A DNA stretch of 64,000 nt from Nitrospirota bacterium (GTDB taxonomy: Bacteria; Nitrospirota; UBA9217): assembly GCA_963845065.1 (NCBI GenBank), contig CAWJQQ010000005.1, positions 160,001-224,000 of the forward strand, in the 5' to 3' direction. The notes under the pieces were generated by a model. That model was not told where the DNA came from. It saw nothing but the letters and a program-made list of their open reading frames with translations, and did not search any database. A program made the position numbers and the translations under genes. Of the stretch, positions 8,873 to 17,471 are shown in pieces; within the stretch, counting starts at the first letter, position 1; every line of letters starts with the position of its first letter.

Positions 8873-9901
8873 TTACCTCCTGTACTTTCTGACTTCATCC
8901 ATCATGGTCTTGAAATTTTCAGCAGGCACGGTGGGCCAGATATCGCACCCGGGCCAAACCGCGCTGACGCCGTCGTCCATGCATTTTTTCATAGTTTGGC
9001 GCACGAGGTCCGGCGTGCCCGAGACCAACACATTATAGGGATCATAGTTACCGAAGACGAGTGCTTTGGGACCTAGCTTTTTGCGCGTCTCGGCAACGTC
9101 GTTCTTCTGGTCCACACTGATTGCCTTCGCCCCGCTTTCAGCCATAAAGGGGACGATGTCGTTCGTCTTGCCGCAGATATGGATAACACTTGGGACCGTA
9201 ATCTTCGCGAAGATCTTCTTGAGATACGGGAGGATGAGGCTCTTGAACACACGCGGGGATAGGACATCGGACGTTGCCCCCATTTCCCGCACCGTGATGA
9301 AGTCCACGCCGGCTTTTTCATACTGTCCTGCAACCTGGATGATCACATCGGACAGCTGGTCGAGAAGCTTGCTCACTTTGTCCGGCTTCTTAAAGGAAAG
9401 TTTCAGCAGGTCGTTCAGCTCCATGACTTGGCCGGCAAGCGTGAAGGGCCCAAGCACATACGAACCAACGGCAGTGTCACTGCCGACATCCTTCTTCATC
9501 AGCTTGATTGCTTCGACCATGAGAGGCACCCTGCCGCGGGCTGTGAGATCGAACGGAACAGCGATTTCCATCTCGGCTTCATTATGAATCAGCTTTGTCT
9601 TAATCGTGGGGTAAAGCAGATCCTCGGAGTGGGCGTAAACGTTGATCTCGCACCCCATGGCCTCGGCTTCGATGCAGAGGTCAAAGGGCGCGATCGCGGA
9701 CTCGAAACCGAAAAGATTATACGTTGAGGCCGCAGCCGCGGCCATCATCTTTGCGTCGAGGTGTGTTGCCGCAAATTTTTGACCTAATGATTTCAGCCCT
9801 TCGGTGGTCACGTTGCCCATGCCGCTGAAGCAGGGCGGCCTGTCAACTTCTTCTCCGGCGAAAAGCTTCAGCACCCGTTCTCTTGCATTCAATGTTGTCA
9901 T
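8873..9901 (-). CDS. MtaA/CmuA-family (UroD fold) methylcobamide:thiol methyltransferase
   Basis: PFDLCIEAEAMG, GPFTLA, Zn motif IHICG and PGCD. Confidence 0.85.
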   Translation of the reverse strand: MTTLNARERVLKLFAGEEVDRPPCFSGMGNVTTEGLKSLGQKFAATHLDAKMMAAAAASTYNLFGFESAIAPFDLCIEAEAMGCEINVYAHSEDLLYPTIKTKLIHNEAEMEIAVPFDLTARGRVPLMVEAIKLMKKDVGSDTAVGSYVLGPFTLAGQVMELNDLLKLSFKKPDKVSKLLDQLSDVIIQVAGQYEKAGVDFITVREMGATSDVLSPRVFKSLILPYLKKIFAKITVPSVIHICGKTNDIVPFMAESGAKAISVDQKNDVAETRKKLGPKALVFGNYDPYNVLVSGTPDLVRQTMKKCMDDGVSAVWPGCDIWPTVPAENFKTMMDEVRKYRR

Positions 9902-10023
9902 TCATCCTCCTTAAATCAAATATCAATCAAGCACCAACGGGCAATGATCGAATATCAAAAACAGGCTAGGATTTCGATATTGATAATTACCTGTTATTTG
10001 GTTCTTGGTACTTTTTGCTTGCA

Positions 10024-10977
10024 TTATTTCCTCGCTGCTCCCGATGTTAGTTTTCCTATAAAATCCGAGAAGTATTTCTTGATCGGTATATTTGCGTTGT
10101 CCGATATCTTGTTTGTCTCATCATAAACCAGCGTAGAAAGCAGGATCTGCGCCGCTGCAACTGCAGGGAAGATCCGCGGCGCCGTAACGATAGGGCCGTA
10201 GAAATTGAAATCGCTCCAGATGGCCGAGGACATGCCCTGGACCACGGCATCCATTGCCTTGAACCCGTCGAGGTTCCAGATGGTCTTCGCCTCTTTCCAC
10301 ATATGCGTGCCGTTCGAGTAGGCGCCGCCGCAGGGAAGACCGAGTTTCTCCTTGATCAGCCTGTTCGCCAAGAGGGAGAATGATGTTGCAGGCAGGTTCA
10401 TGACCGAGGTGTCGACAATGACGGTCTCAAAGTCGTCGGCCCCCTGGGAAAGGATAATCTCGAGCGATTTGAGCCGTCCCGAGGGCGACTGATCCTGGTC
10501 GTCAAAGGCCTGCACTACGACATGCTTGATGCCCAAATCTTTCAGTTTCTGGACCTGTCCTTTAATATCTTTGTCCCAGGGCGTGATGCTGTTGTACAGA
10601 AACTTGTCCTGAAGTCCGAGCTTGGCAACGTACTCCGTTGCCTGCGCTCTTTTTTCTGCGACCCACATGTCTATGCCAAAAGGCATTGCCGTCGTTTCGC
10701 GGTAAAAATCCATATAGATCTTGGCCTCTTCCGCCGAGTTCGCTACCATGGCGACCATTGACGGAATCCCGGTCGAAGCGGATAACACTTCCTGTGTCCT
10801 GATCATCTCAGTAGCTTTTACGTGGTCAAAATTGCCTTTACGGTCCGTGACAATCCGATCCTTGTTATGAAACATTGATGCGATCAGGAGCGGCGGGTTC
10901 TCTCCGGGCTGACCACCCACCTTAATACCGCTAAGATTAAATACCTGTTGGTCTTTTTTAAATCGAAACATTACCAT
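10024..10977 (-). CDS. mtrH: MtrH-family methyltransferase (probably methylcorrinoid:H4folate, MtgA-like)
   Basis: MFRFKKDQQVF..KVGGQPGENPPLL..SMFH; YNSI; VDTSV; GLPCGGAYSN; FYGPI; no other mtr subunits nearby. Confidence 0.85.
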   Translation of the reverse strand: MVMFRFKKDQQVFNLSGIKVGGQPGENPPLLIASMFHNKDRIVTDRKGNFDHVKATEMIRTQEVLSASTGIPSMVAMVANSAEEAKIYMDFYRETTAMPFGIDMWVAEKRAQATEYVAKLGLQDKFLYNSITPWDKDIKGQVQKLKDLGIKHVVVQAFDDQDQSPSGRLKSLEIILSQGADDFETVIVDTSVMNLPATSFSLLANRLIKEKLGLPCGGAYSNGTHMWKEAKTIWNLDGFKAMDAVVQGMSSAIWSDFNFYGPIVTAPRIFPAVAAAQILLSTLVYDETNKISDNANIPIKKYFSDFIGKLTSGAARK

Positions 10978-11105
10978 CCCCTTTTTTTAAAGAAGTAATA
11001 TTAAACATTTGCACAAAGACGCAGAGAACTGTAATTTTGAAGTTTAGACTGTCTTGCTGCTCGGCGTGGCATTTTCTTATGATAATCGTATAAGTGCGAA
11101 AGAAC

Positions 11106-11131
11106 GGGGGAGCCTTCTAAACGCCCCCCCC
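11106..11131 (-). terminator. GC-rich hairpin downstream of the CMD gene (partial terminator or stabiliser)
   Basis: Minus strand GGGGGGGGCG-TTTAGAAG-GCTCCCCC followed by GTTCTTT. Confidence 0.35.
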
Positions 11132-11143
11132 ATTGAATTGCGA

Positions 11144-11662
11144 TTAAAATACACCATGATCGAACTTGGGCTGCGGCAGATACTCCCATTTCTCGCCCTT
11201 GCGGAACTTCGCTTCGATATCGAGGCACTTAAGGGCATATTCGAAGGCATAAGGAATACCGGGCCCGCCAGGTACAAATCCCCCGAGGATCATGCCGACA
11301 GAAGCCGCTTCGAAGATCTCGCCAGTAGTCGCGCCGGCATTGATGGCAGGGACCACGTGGATGATACACCTTGGCGAGCAGTAGGCCACGCCTCCGGACA
11401 TGAACATCAGTTCTTTTACCTTGCGGGAAAGGGCGCCGTCAGCGAAGATGCTTGCGTAAAAATCAGCGAATGTCCTACCCGGCTCGGGTGTCACGGTGTT
11501 GATGATCTGGAACATGCGTGGTACGAAGCCGCACTGCTTCTTCATGTACTCATTTACTTCTTCTAACGACATTTTTTTGTCAGCCATTTTTACTGCCTCC
11601 TTTTGTCCGGATGCACTCCGTGCCCCGGTAAACAGTTTCTTCAACTCGTCCAAAATACCCAC
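11144..11662 (-). CDS. carboxymuconolactone decarboxylase/AhpD-family protein (alternative start ATG 11588)
   Basis: DGALSRKVKELM..VAYCSPRCIIH..A..AGAT..EI.EA; both candidate starts have AGGAGG. Confidence 0.82.
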   Translation of the reverse strand: MGILDELKKLFTGARSASGQKEAVKMADKKMSLEEVNEYMKKQCGFVPRMFQIINTVTPEPGRTFADFYASIFADGALSRKVKELMFMSGGVAYCSPRCIIHVVPAINAGATTGEIFEAASVGMILGGFVPGGPGIPYAFEYALKCLDIEAKFRKGEKWEYLPQPKFDHGVF

Positions 11663-11746
11663 GATGTCACCTCCTTTTACACGATGAACAGCTTCACCTC
11701 CTTTTATTTGAAGAATGTAGAGAGCAAATACACGGTTGGAAAGTAC

Positions 11747-12775
11747 CTAGAGTTTCCATTCATGCGCCACCTGGATGAACTTCTTGATATTGTCGTAGGG
11801 CACGGTGGGCGGAATGTCACATCCCGGCATGAGCACGAACCCACCTTCCGTCCCCGCAGTCTTGATCACTTCCTTGCATGCATTCTCTACGTCCTGCACT
11901 GTGCCGTTTAGCATGATTTTTACAGGATCCACGTTCCCCCCAAAGCACATCTTGCCGTGGAGTGATTCTTTTGCCTTTGCTATATCTGTCTTGTGGTCTA
12001 GGCTGATGCAGCTTGCCCCCGTAAACGGGAACAGGTCCAGCCGGTCCGATGTGTTTCCGCAAATGTGAACCAGCGTATGCACGCCTTTGGATTTTGCCCA
12101 ATCCGTAAATTTTTTTAGATAGGGTACTGCGAACTTTTCGAATTGTTTCTTGGAAATGAGGTCACCTGATGCCGTGGGGTCCGCGAGGCTGATCACCTCA
12201 AGCGTTTTGTCCGCGACGATCGGTTCGTAGAGATGAATCAAGAGATCGGTGGCGAAGTCGACGACCTTCTCGACAAAGGCGGGTTTCTTGAACGTGGCCT
12301 TCATCATGGTCTCTTCTCCCACAAGCCTTGCACCGAGGGTGAAGGGACCCCAAGCCGTCATGGTAACCACATAAGAGTCGCCGATCTTTGCTTTCGTCTG
12401 GCGCAGTGCCTTCTTCACGGTATTAATGGTCTCGTCCTTGTCGAGGTCGGAAATCTTAAGCTTTGCAAGATCCTCTTCAGTAGAGACGAAATGGTTCTCC
12501 AAGTCCGGCGCCCCGACTTCACGAAATTTTATCTTACCACCGAGTGCTGAGGCATGGAAGTTATTGTATCCCGACCCGGGATATACGACGTCGCACTGGA
12601 GCTTGGAGCTCATGTCAACGAGCATGGAGGCCATTTTGTCCGCGTCCCTTGAAAGTGCCTCGAACGACGTGTTCCAGCCTTTGATGCTCCACATGCCCGC
12701 GCCGAACAGGGTCACCGGGACTCTGTCGGTCTTCCCTCCCTCGAATGCCTTAAGCATAACTTCCTTTGGTTTCAT
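11747..12775 (-). CDS. second MtaA/UroD-fold methylcobamide:thiol methyltransferase
   Basis: DRVPV, GPFTLG, ADPTASGDLIS, Zn motif VHICGN and MPGCDIP; GGAGGG before ATG 12775. Confidence 0.85.
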   Translation of the reverse strand: MKPKEVMLKAFEGGKTDRVPVTLFGAGMWSIKGWNTSFEALSRDADKMASMLVDMSSKLQCDVVYPGSGYNNFHASALGGKIKFREVGAPDLENHFVSTEEDLAKLKISDLDKDETINTVKKALRQTKAKIGDSYVVTMTAWGPFTLGARLVGEETMMKATFKKPAFVEKVVDFATDLLIHLYEPIVADKTLEVISLADPTASGDLISKKQFEKFAVPYLKKFTDWAKSKGVHTLVHICGNTSDRLDLFPFTGASCISLDHKTDIAKAKESLHGKMCFGGNVDPVKIMLNGTVQDVENACKEVIKTAGTEGGFVLMPGCDIPPTVPYDNIKKFIQVAHEWKL

Positions 12776-12845
12776 AGCATCTCCCTCCGAATAATTAATT
12801 GACATGCCGACGATGCGTCAGCTTCTCACGCATTGCGTCATTGAA

Positions 12846-13175
12846 TCATACCGTGATACTATGGATTGTTCGTTTGAACTCCTCGAGGTCAAAAGGTGCG
12901 TCGACGGCCAAATATGGGCTATCGTTCATGCCACCTCCTACGTATACTATGGGCAGGTCGGGTTCCACGGACTTTATGATTTGCACTGCATCCTCCGTGG
13001 AAAGACCAAATGGTTCTGAGTCGATGATGATGAGATCATACGAGCCGAAAATTACCTTCTGCACGGCCAGTGCCGGGCGTTCGACGGTTTCTACGTCATG
13101 TCCGTCATCTCTCAGCATACCGTAGAGGCTTTTGACCAGAATAGGATTAGAGGAGCATAGAAGGATGTTTTTCAT
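12846..13175 (-). CDS. stand-alone atypical receiver-domain protein
   Basis: Receiver fold (..YDLIIID..DLPIVYV..PFDLEEF) but no N-terminal acidic pair (CSSN) and no conserved Lys (DAPF instead of KPF). Confidence 0.65.
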   Translation of the reverse strand: MKNILLCSSNPILVKSLYGMLRDDGHDVETVERPALAVQKVIFGSYDLIIIDSEPFGLSTEDAVQIIKSVEPDLPIVYVGGGMNDSPYLAVDAPFDLEEFKRTIHSITV

Positions 13176-13190
13176 GACAGTGCTATTTAA

Positions 13191-13206
13191 TGCATTTACA
13201 ATGCCA
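13191..13206 (-). promoter_or_regulatory. sigma54 -24/-12 promoter for the methyltransferase/CoM cluster
   Basis: Minus strand TGGCATTGTAAATGCA (GG-N10-GC), just upstream of ATG 13175. Confidence 0.7.
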
Positions 13207-13420
13207 TAAATTAACTGATTTTTTATTATAATCAGCCTCTGTTCCTTCAAAATATGCCGAGCGGGAGGCACCTGCAGGGAGAGGTTGCAATTATCCAAAA
13301 ACACTAACATTTTTGATTTACATAGGGACTCTGCTCAAAGGATAAGTAATTTGTAAAGCGATGAGGATATCATTTTATTTGTGCTACGAGGAGTAAATTT
13401 TTTTTCTTTTAATTCTGGAT

Positions 13421-13460
13421 GGAGGAAAAATTCCCCAACCGACGTGGAATTTTGCCCCAC
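13421..13460. promoter_or_regulatory. tandem imperfect palindromes, putative enhancer (UAS) for a sigma54 activator
   Basis: GGAGGAAAAATTCCCCA (13421-13437) and CGTGGAATTTTGCCCCA (13443-13459), 22 bp apart, between two divergent sigma54 promoters. Confidence 0.55.
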
Positions 13461-13600
13461 CTTCCGGAACGCAACGCCAAGAACTGATTGTGAGGATTAT
13501 ACAAACTTTGATACTCGATTGAACGGATGTGTGCCAATAGTGTAACAGTTAGCGAGTATAGAAATTATAATTCGCGATGAGATATTTTGGATTATAATCA

Positions 13601-13616
13601 TGGCATCAACATTGCT
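13601..13616 (+). promoter_or_regulatory. sigma54 -24/-12 promoter for the cobW-like unit
   Basis: TGGCATCAACATTGCT (GG-N10-GC) about 50 bp upstream of the cobW-like ORF. Confidence 0.7.
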
Positions 13617-13665
13617 ATGGATTTATTGAGAAAGTATAGGGAGCAGGCGGAGCTGTTGAAAGGGA

Positions 13666-14262
13666 TTGATCGTGAAAACAACGGTTGTATGTGGGCTTTT
13701 AGGTGCGGGAAAAACGACGTTCATCAGGAATTTCTTAAAGCATGAATCAGTGAAGACCGTTGTATTGGTGAACGATTTTGGCACGGCTGGGATTGACGGA
13801 GAAATCTTTTCCGCAGGCGGCCTCGAATCAGTGGAACTGCCGAGCGGCTGCGTATGCTGTACACTCAAGTTCGACCTCATCACGACGATCAAGAAGATCA
13901 TCCGTAAATTCGTGCCAGAGCATCTCGTGATCGAACCGAGCGGCGTGGCGTCACCCTCGGGTGTACTTGAAGCGCTTGAAAGTACTGGTATCAAGGTCGT
14001 GACTGTTGTAGGCATAATCGATGCTGTGGAATTCACCGAGCTCCTCAAATCTGGCATGTACGGGAGCTTCTTCGAATCTCCGCGTTTACCTTGCTACTAT
14101 GACCATCAGGCCGCAGCGGATTGGTGATGTAGTTAGCTTTTACCAGAGGGCTGGGACATCTGGCCGAGGGGAAATATGGAACTGTGGTGAGGGCAAAGGC
14201 CCTTGGCCCCGGACGGATCAAGGGCCTTATTGACTCGATATCGTGTACGGGAAAATGGACTG
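13666..14262 (+). pseudogene. COG0523/CobW-family metal chaperone GTPase, internally deleted and frameshifted
   Basis: GLLGAGKTT, VNDFG, GCVCC, IEPSG; frame ends at 14127; C-terminal-domain remnant LAEGKYGTVVRAKA..TDQGPY*LDIVYGK lies in other frames. Confidence 0.75.
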
Positions 14263-14265
14263 TAT

Positions 14266-14669
14266 GGCACCGGCGCTGCGATCGAGATTGGCAAGTGAGG
14301 TAATGCGGACGTTGTCTTTGTGCGTGCAACGGAATAGAAGCTCAAGGCTTTGGGAGAAAGGCGCATTTGTGAATCGCCATGATGTGATATACAATGACTT
14401 CGTCATCAGTGGTCTGGGTGGGCGTTGAATCGGCGCAACAAAAATGATATCTCGATGCCAGCCAAGGCATGGAAAAAACGCAGCTCATTACCCATGAGAC
14501 GCGCGCACAGTACGGAGTGATGACCGAGAACCCGGAAAAGTTCAAGATTGTGAAATACAAAAACGCTATGAAGTTTGTGAACTTGCTTATCTCCAAAGAC
14601 GGATAGCAAGCCATTGCCGCGTTTAAGGATTCCAACGATAATCAGCTCTTCACGCCGAATGCAAAGTAA
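14266..14669 (+). pseudogene. tupA: tungstate-binding TupA remnant A
   Basis: GTGAAIEIGK*GNADVVFV..FVNRHDVIYNDFVI..QYGVM..NPEKF..KYKNAMKF..SKDG*QAIAAFKD..QLFTPNAK, with stops, frameshift and internal deletion. Confidence 0.75.
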
Positions 14670-14834
14670 CGAGTCAAAATCAAAAAAGAGTAGAGCACTG
14701 GTGAGCCCGTCCTGATGTACTCTACTCCTGATTATCTCGTGCCTGGCCTCGTTGCCGTCAGGAGAATGACCGACGGATTCCCCAATTCATCTAAAGGAAA
14801 AAAACAATAACCATATTTAATAACGCTGTGATAC

Positions 14835-15015
14835 ATGAGATAATTTATATCACTGGTTTTGGTTTTAGTGATTATTGGCAACGCATTTGCTGTTTTCCCG
14901 AGACGCGCATCCGCATGGCTTTTACCACAAGCACGCAGAATTCCGGTCTTTTGACTATTTACTACCGAACTTCGAGAAAAAGTCAGGAATAAAATTCGAC
15001 GTTGATGTACCTAGG
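14835..15015 (+). pseudogene. tupA: TupA N-terminal remnant B (decayed signal peptide + TTS motif)
   Basis: ..IIGNAFA..RIRMAFTTSTQNSGL(fs)DYLLPNFEKKSGIKFDV. Confidence 0.7.
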
Positions 15016-15169
15016 TTACTTGTATAAGTGGCGCAGTTGTGATGAGGTTAAATTGTTAAATATTCGCTTAAGCCAATGCGGGTGAATTTCTTTTTGCACC
15101 TTGCTCAAAAACGGTATACAAAGCACCACTTGGTTTGGTACTCGCTTTTTCCGAACCTCCAGCTCCTTC

Positions 15170-15365
15170 ACATGGTGCCCGAAAGGATCTTTGCATGCAT
15201 GCAGACAAGATTGTTATTTACCGGTCTTAGCTATCCTCAAGGTATGTCCCGCCCGTGCACCGGTATGCTCAGCGATGATCAGAGTGTTTTTCTTAAAAAA
15301 CTCTTCCATTTCGGCGACAATGTATGCGCCAGAGATGGATAGTGGTGTCCAGCATAATCTTTCAT
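15170..15365 (-). pseudogene. TupA-like N-terminal remnant C (highly decayed)
   Basis: KIMLDTTI..IVAEMEEFFKKNTLIIAEHTGARAGHTLRIAKTGK*..LVCMHAK matches the layout of the TupA N-terminus. Confidence 0.45.
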
Positions 15366-15459
15366 AGGGCAAATAATTCTACGCAATGAGCAGGGGACCC
15401 GACAAGAAAACCAGAAACATAACACGAAATGACCACATACAGCTCAATCGATATATGTT

Positions 15460-16239
15460 TTATCCTTTTTTCCGCCGCGTTGAGGACGCGGCAAACAGAA
15501 TGGCATCGGGATTAAAAAGACGAACGCCATGTTTCGTATATTTGGCAATAATGCCCTGGCCATCGGGCGATGTTACGAATGCGATGAAATCCATTGCTTC
15601 GCGGTATCGTACATTTGGAAAACGGTCAGGGTTGACGGCGATCACGCTGTAGAGGTTCTTGAGCGCCGGGTCGCCCTGGAGCAGCAACTTCAAATCGAGA
15701 TCCTTTTCGTATTTCAGGTATGTGCCGATGTCTGTAAGCGTGTAGGCTTTCTTCTGGTCAGCTATGAGGAGAGTATCGCCCATTTTGTCACCGGTCTCAA
15801 AATACCATCCCTTTCCCTTTGGACTAATCCCAGCATCGTCCCATAGGTCCAGTTCCCTGATGTTTGTGCCTGAATCGTCTCCGCGGGACACGAAGGGAGA
15901 GCCCGTTTCTGCTACGAGTTCGAGTGCTTCGACGGCCGATTTTGTGGTTTTAACCCGCGCTGGATCCTTCGCGGGTCCCGCGATGACGAAAGCATTATGC
16001 ATGACCGAACGCCGGTTCACACCGTAGCCCTCGGTAACAAACTTTTCCTCGCGAAAGGGATCATGAACAAAGAGAAGATCCGCCTCGCCCTTTTTTGCAA
16101 TACGGATCGCGTTACCAGTTCCGACGGATATAACTTCAATGGTTACGTTGTATCTGCTGGATTTCTCATAGGCGGGTATGAGAATGTCAAAGAGGCCGGA
16201 GTTGTGAGTGCTGGTCGTCGACGCAATAACTAGTTTCAT
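15460..16239 (-). CDS. tupA: TupA-family tungstate-binding protein without signal peptide
   Basis: ASTTSTHNSGL, VGTGNAI, VMHN.FVIAGP, FVSRGDDSGT, YTLTDIGT; starts directly at the mature-protein strand. Confidence 0.85.
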   Translation of the reverse strand: MKLVIASTTSTHNSGLFDILIPAYEKSSRYNVTIEVISVGTGNAIRIAKKGEADLLFVHDPFREEKFVTEGYGVNRRSVMHNAFVIAGPAKDPARVKTTKSAVEALELVAETGSPFVSRGDDSGTNIRELDLWDDAGISPKGKGWYFETGDKMGDTLLIADQKKAYTLTDIGTYLKYEKDLDLKLLLQGDPALKNLYSVIAVNPDRFPNVRYREAMDFIAFVTSPDGQGIIAKYTKHGVRLFNPDAILFAASSTRRKKG

Positions 16240-16553
16240 GTTTATGTGCCCCCTTTCAATTCATGATTATTTATCTTACCTGGAAGTGGGCGCTTTTCAA
16301 AATTCATTTTTATCATAGATTGTATACATTCTGCGCATAATTCGTATCTATCGAGCGGCGACGAATGTCCGCTTTTATGCCTATTTTTCGCCACTTCCTT
16401 ATGTTCCCGAAGTGTACAGTCCTGCTGCCGTGTAGACATTCTGTAGCAAATAAAGGCGGAGGGTCTAATGTAGTACTTGAAAAGTCTATTTGAAGTTGTA
16501 ATTCTGTGTTATATTGAATTATAATAATTTTTTCCAAACAAGCATGAATTACT

Positions 16554-17465
16554 ATGGAAGACCACAGACTAAAATCTTATTGTCTCGTTGTCGAAGCCAA
16601 GAGCTTTTCCCGGGCCGCACAGTCAAAACACATGACCCAGTCCGCTATGAGTCGGCTCGTGAAAAATCTCGAGAACGATCTTGGCGTGAAGCTTTTGCAT
16701 CGAGAAGGTAAAGCCGTCGTACCTACGCTCGAGGGCCGGCTCTTCTATGAGCAGGCAAAAAAGATTCTCGAGGAGTATGCAAAGATCGAGCAGGACATCA
16801 TTGCAGCAACAGGGGCGGCAAAAGCATTGTTGCGTTTGGGAGCAAATGCTATCCCCGCGCTATATTTGCTCCCTCAGGTGATATACAATTTTTCCAAGGC
16901 CCATTCCGGGATTCGCATTGACCTCTCAGTGTCCGGGACCGAATCCATTCTTCGCGATTTGCACGACAAGAGAATTGATTTGGGAATTATGGAGGAAAAT
17001 GTGACGGACCAGGCGGTCTCACAGGAGGCCATTACGGAGGACGAGATCGTCCTTATCGCCCCTGAGGACCATCACTTGGCAAAGAAAAAAACTGTCACGA
17101 TCCAGAATTTATCGTCCGAGACCTTCATCCTACCAGAGCGGGGCAACGGTACTCGCGAGCAGATCGATACATTCTTGCATGATGCAGGGATTGATGCGAG
17201 AAGGCTCAAGATTGGCATGACTCTCGGCAGCCCTGAATTGATCGTGCAGATGGTACAGGCTGGACTTGGAATTGCGTTCGCTTCAAAATGGTCGGTGTTT
17301 AAAGCAGTTAAAGAAGGAACTGTGAGGCAGCTGCGAATGACTGGTAAAAAGATGAAACGGAATTTTTACCTCATCGGCATGATGAGCACCGGTGTAACCA
17401 CCGCGAACACGGCCACAGCGTTTCGGGAGTTCATGAAGCAGTATCGTTTCTTCGTCCCTTTCTAG
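16554..17465 (+). CDS. LysR-family regulator (CysL-like)
   Basis: SFSRAA..TQSAMS..LENDLGVKLL.R HTH; substrate domain with ERGNGTRE, GS.ELI..V..GLGIAF. Confidence 0.9.
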   Translation: MEDHRLKSYCLVVEAKSFSRAAQSKHMTQSAMSRLVKNLENDLGVKLLHREGKAVVPTLEGRLFYEQAKKILEEYAKIEQDIIAATGAAKALLRLGANAIPALYLLPQVIYNFSKAHSGIRIDLSVSGTESILRDLHDKRIDLGIMEENVTDQAVSQEAITEDEIVLIAPEDHHLAKKKTVTIQNLSSETFILPERGNGTREQIDTFLHDAGIDARRLKIGMTLGSPELIVQMVQAGLGIAFASKWSVFKAVKEGTVRQLRMTGKKMKRNFYLIGMMSTGVTTANTATAFREFMKQYRFFVPF

Positions 17466-17471
17466 AGGAAT

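Noticed and set aside
285..12775. Evidence for methanogenesis or an archaeal contig
   Set aside because: No mcr, mtrA-G or CoB genes; sigma54 control and contiguous bacterial housekeeping genes
14266..14669. In-frame TGA/TAG in tupA remnant as selenocysteine or recoding
   Set aside because: Stops fall at non-Cys positions and come with frameshifts and deletions
14876..14891. TGGCAACGCATTTGCT, a good sigma54-like GG-N10-GC match
   Set aside because: It coincides with codons IGNAFA of the decayed TupA signal peptide, so it is probably coincidental
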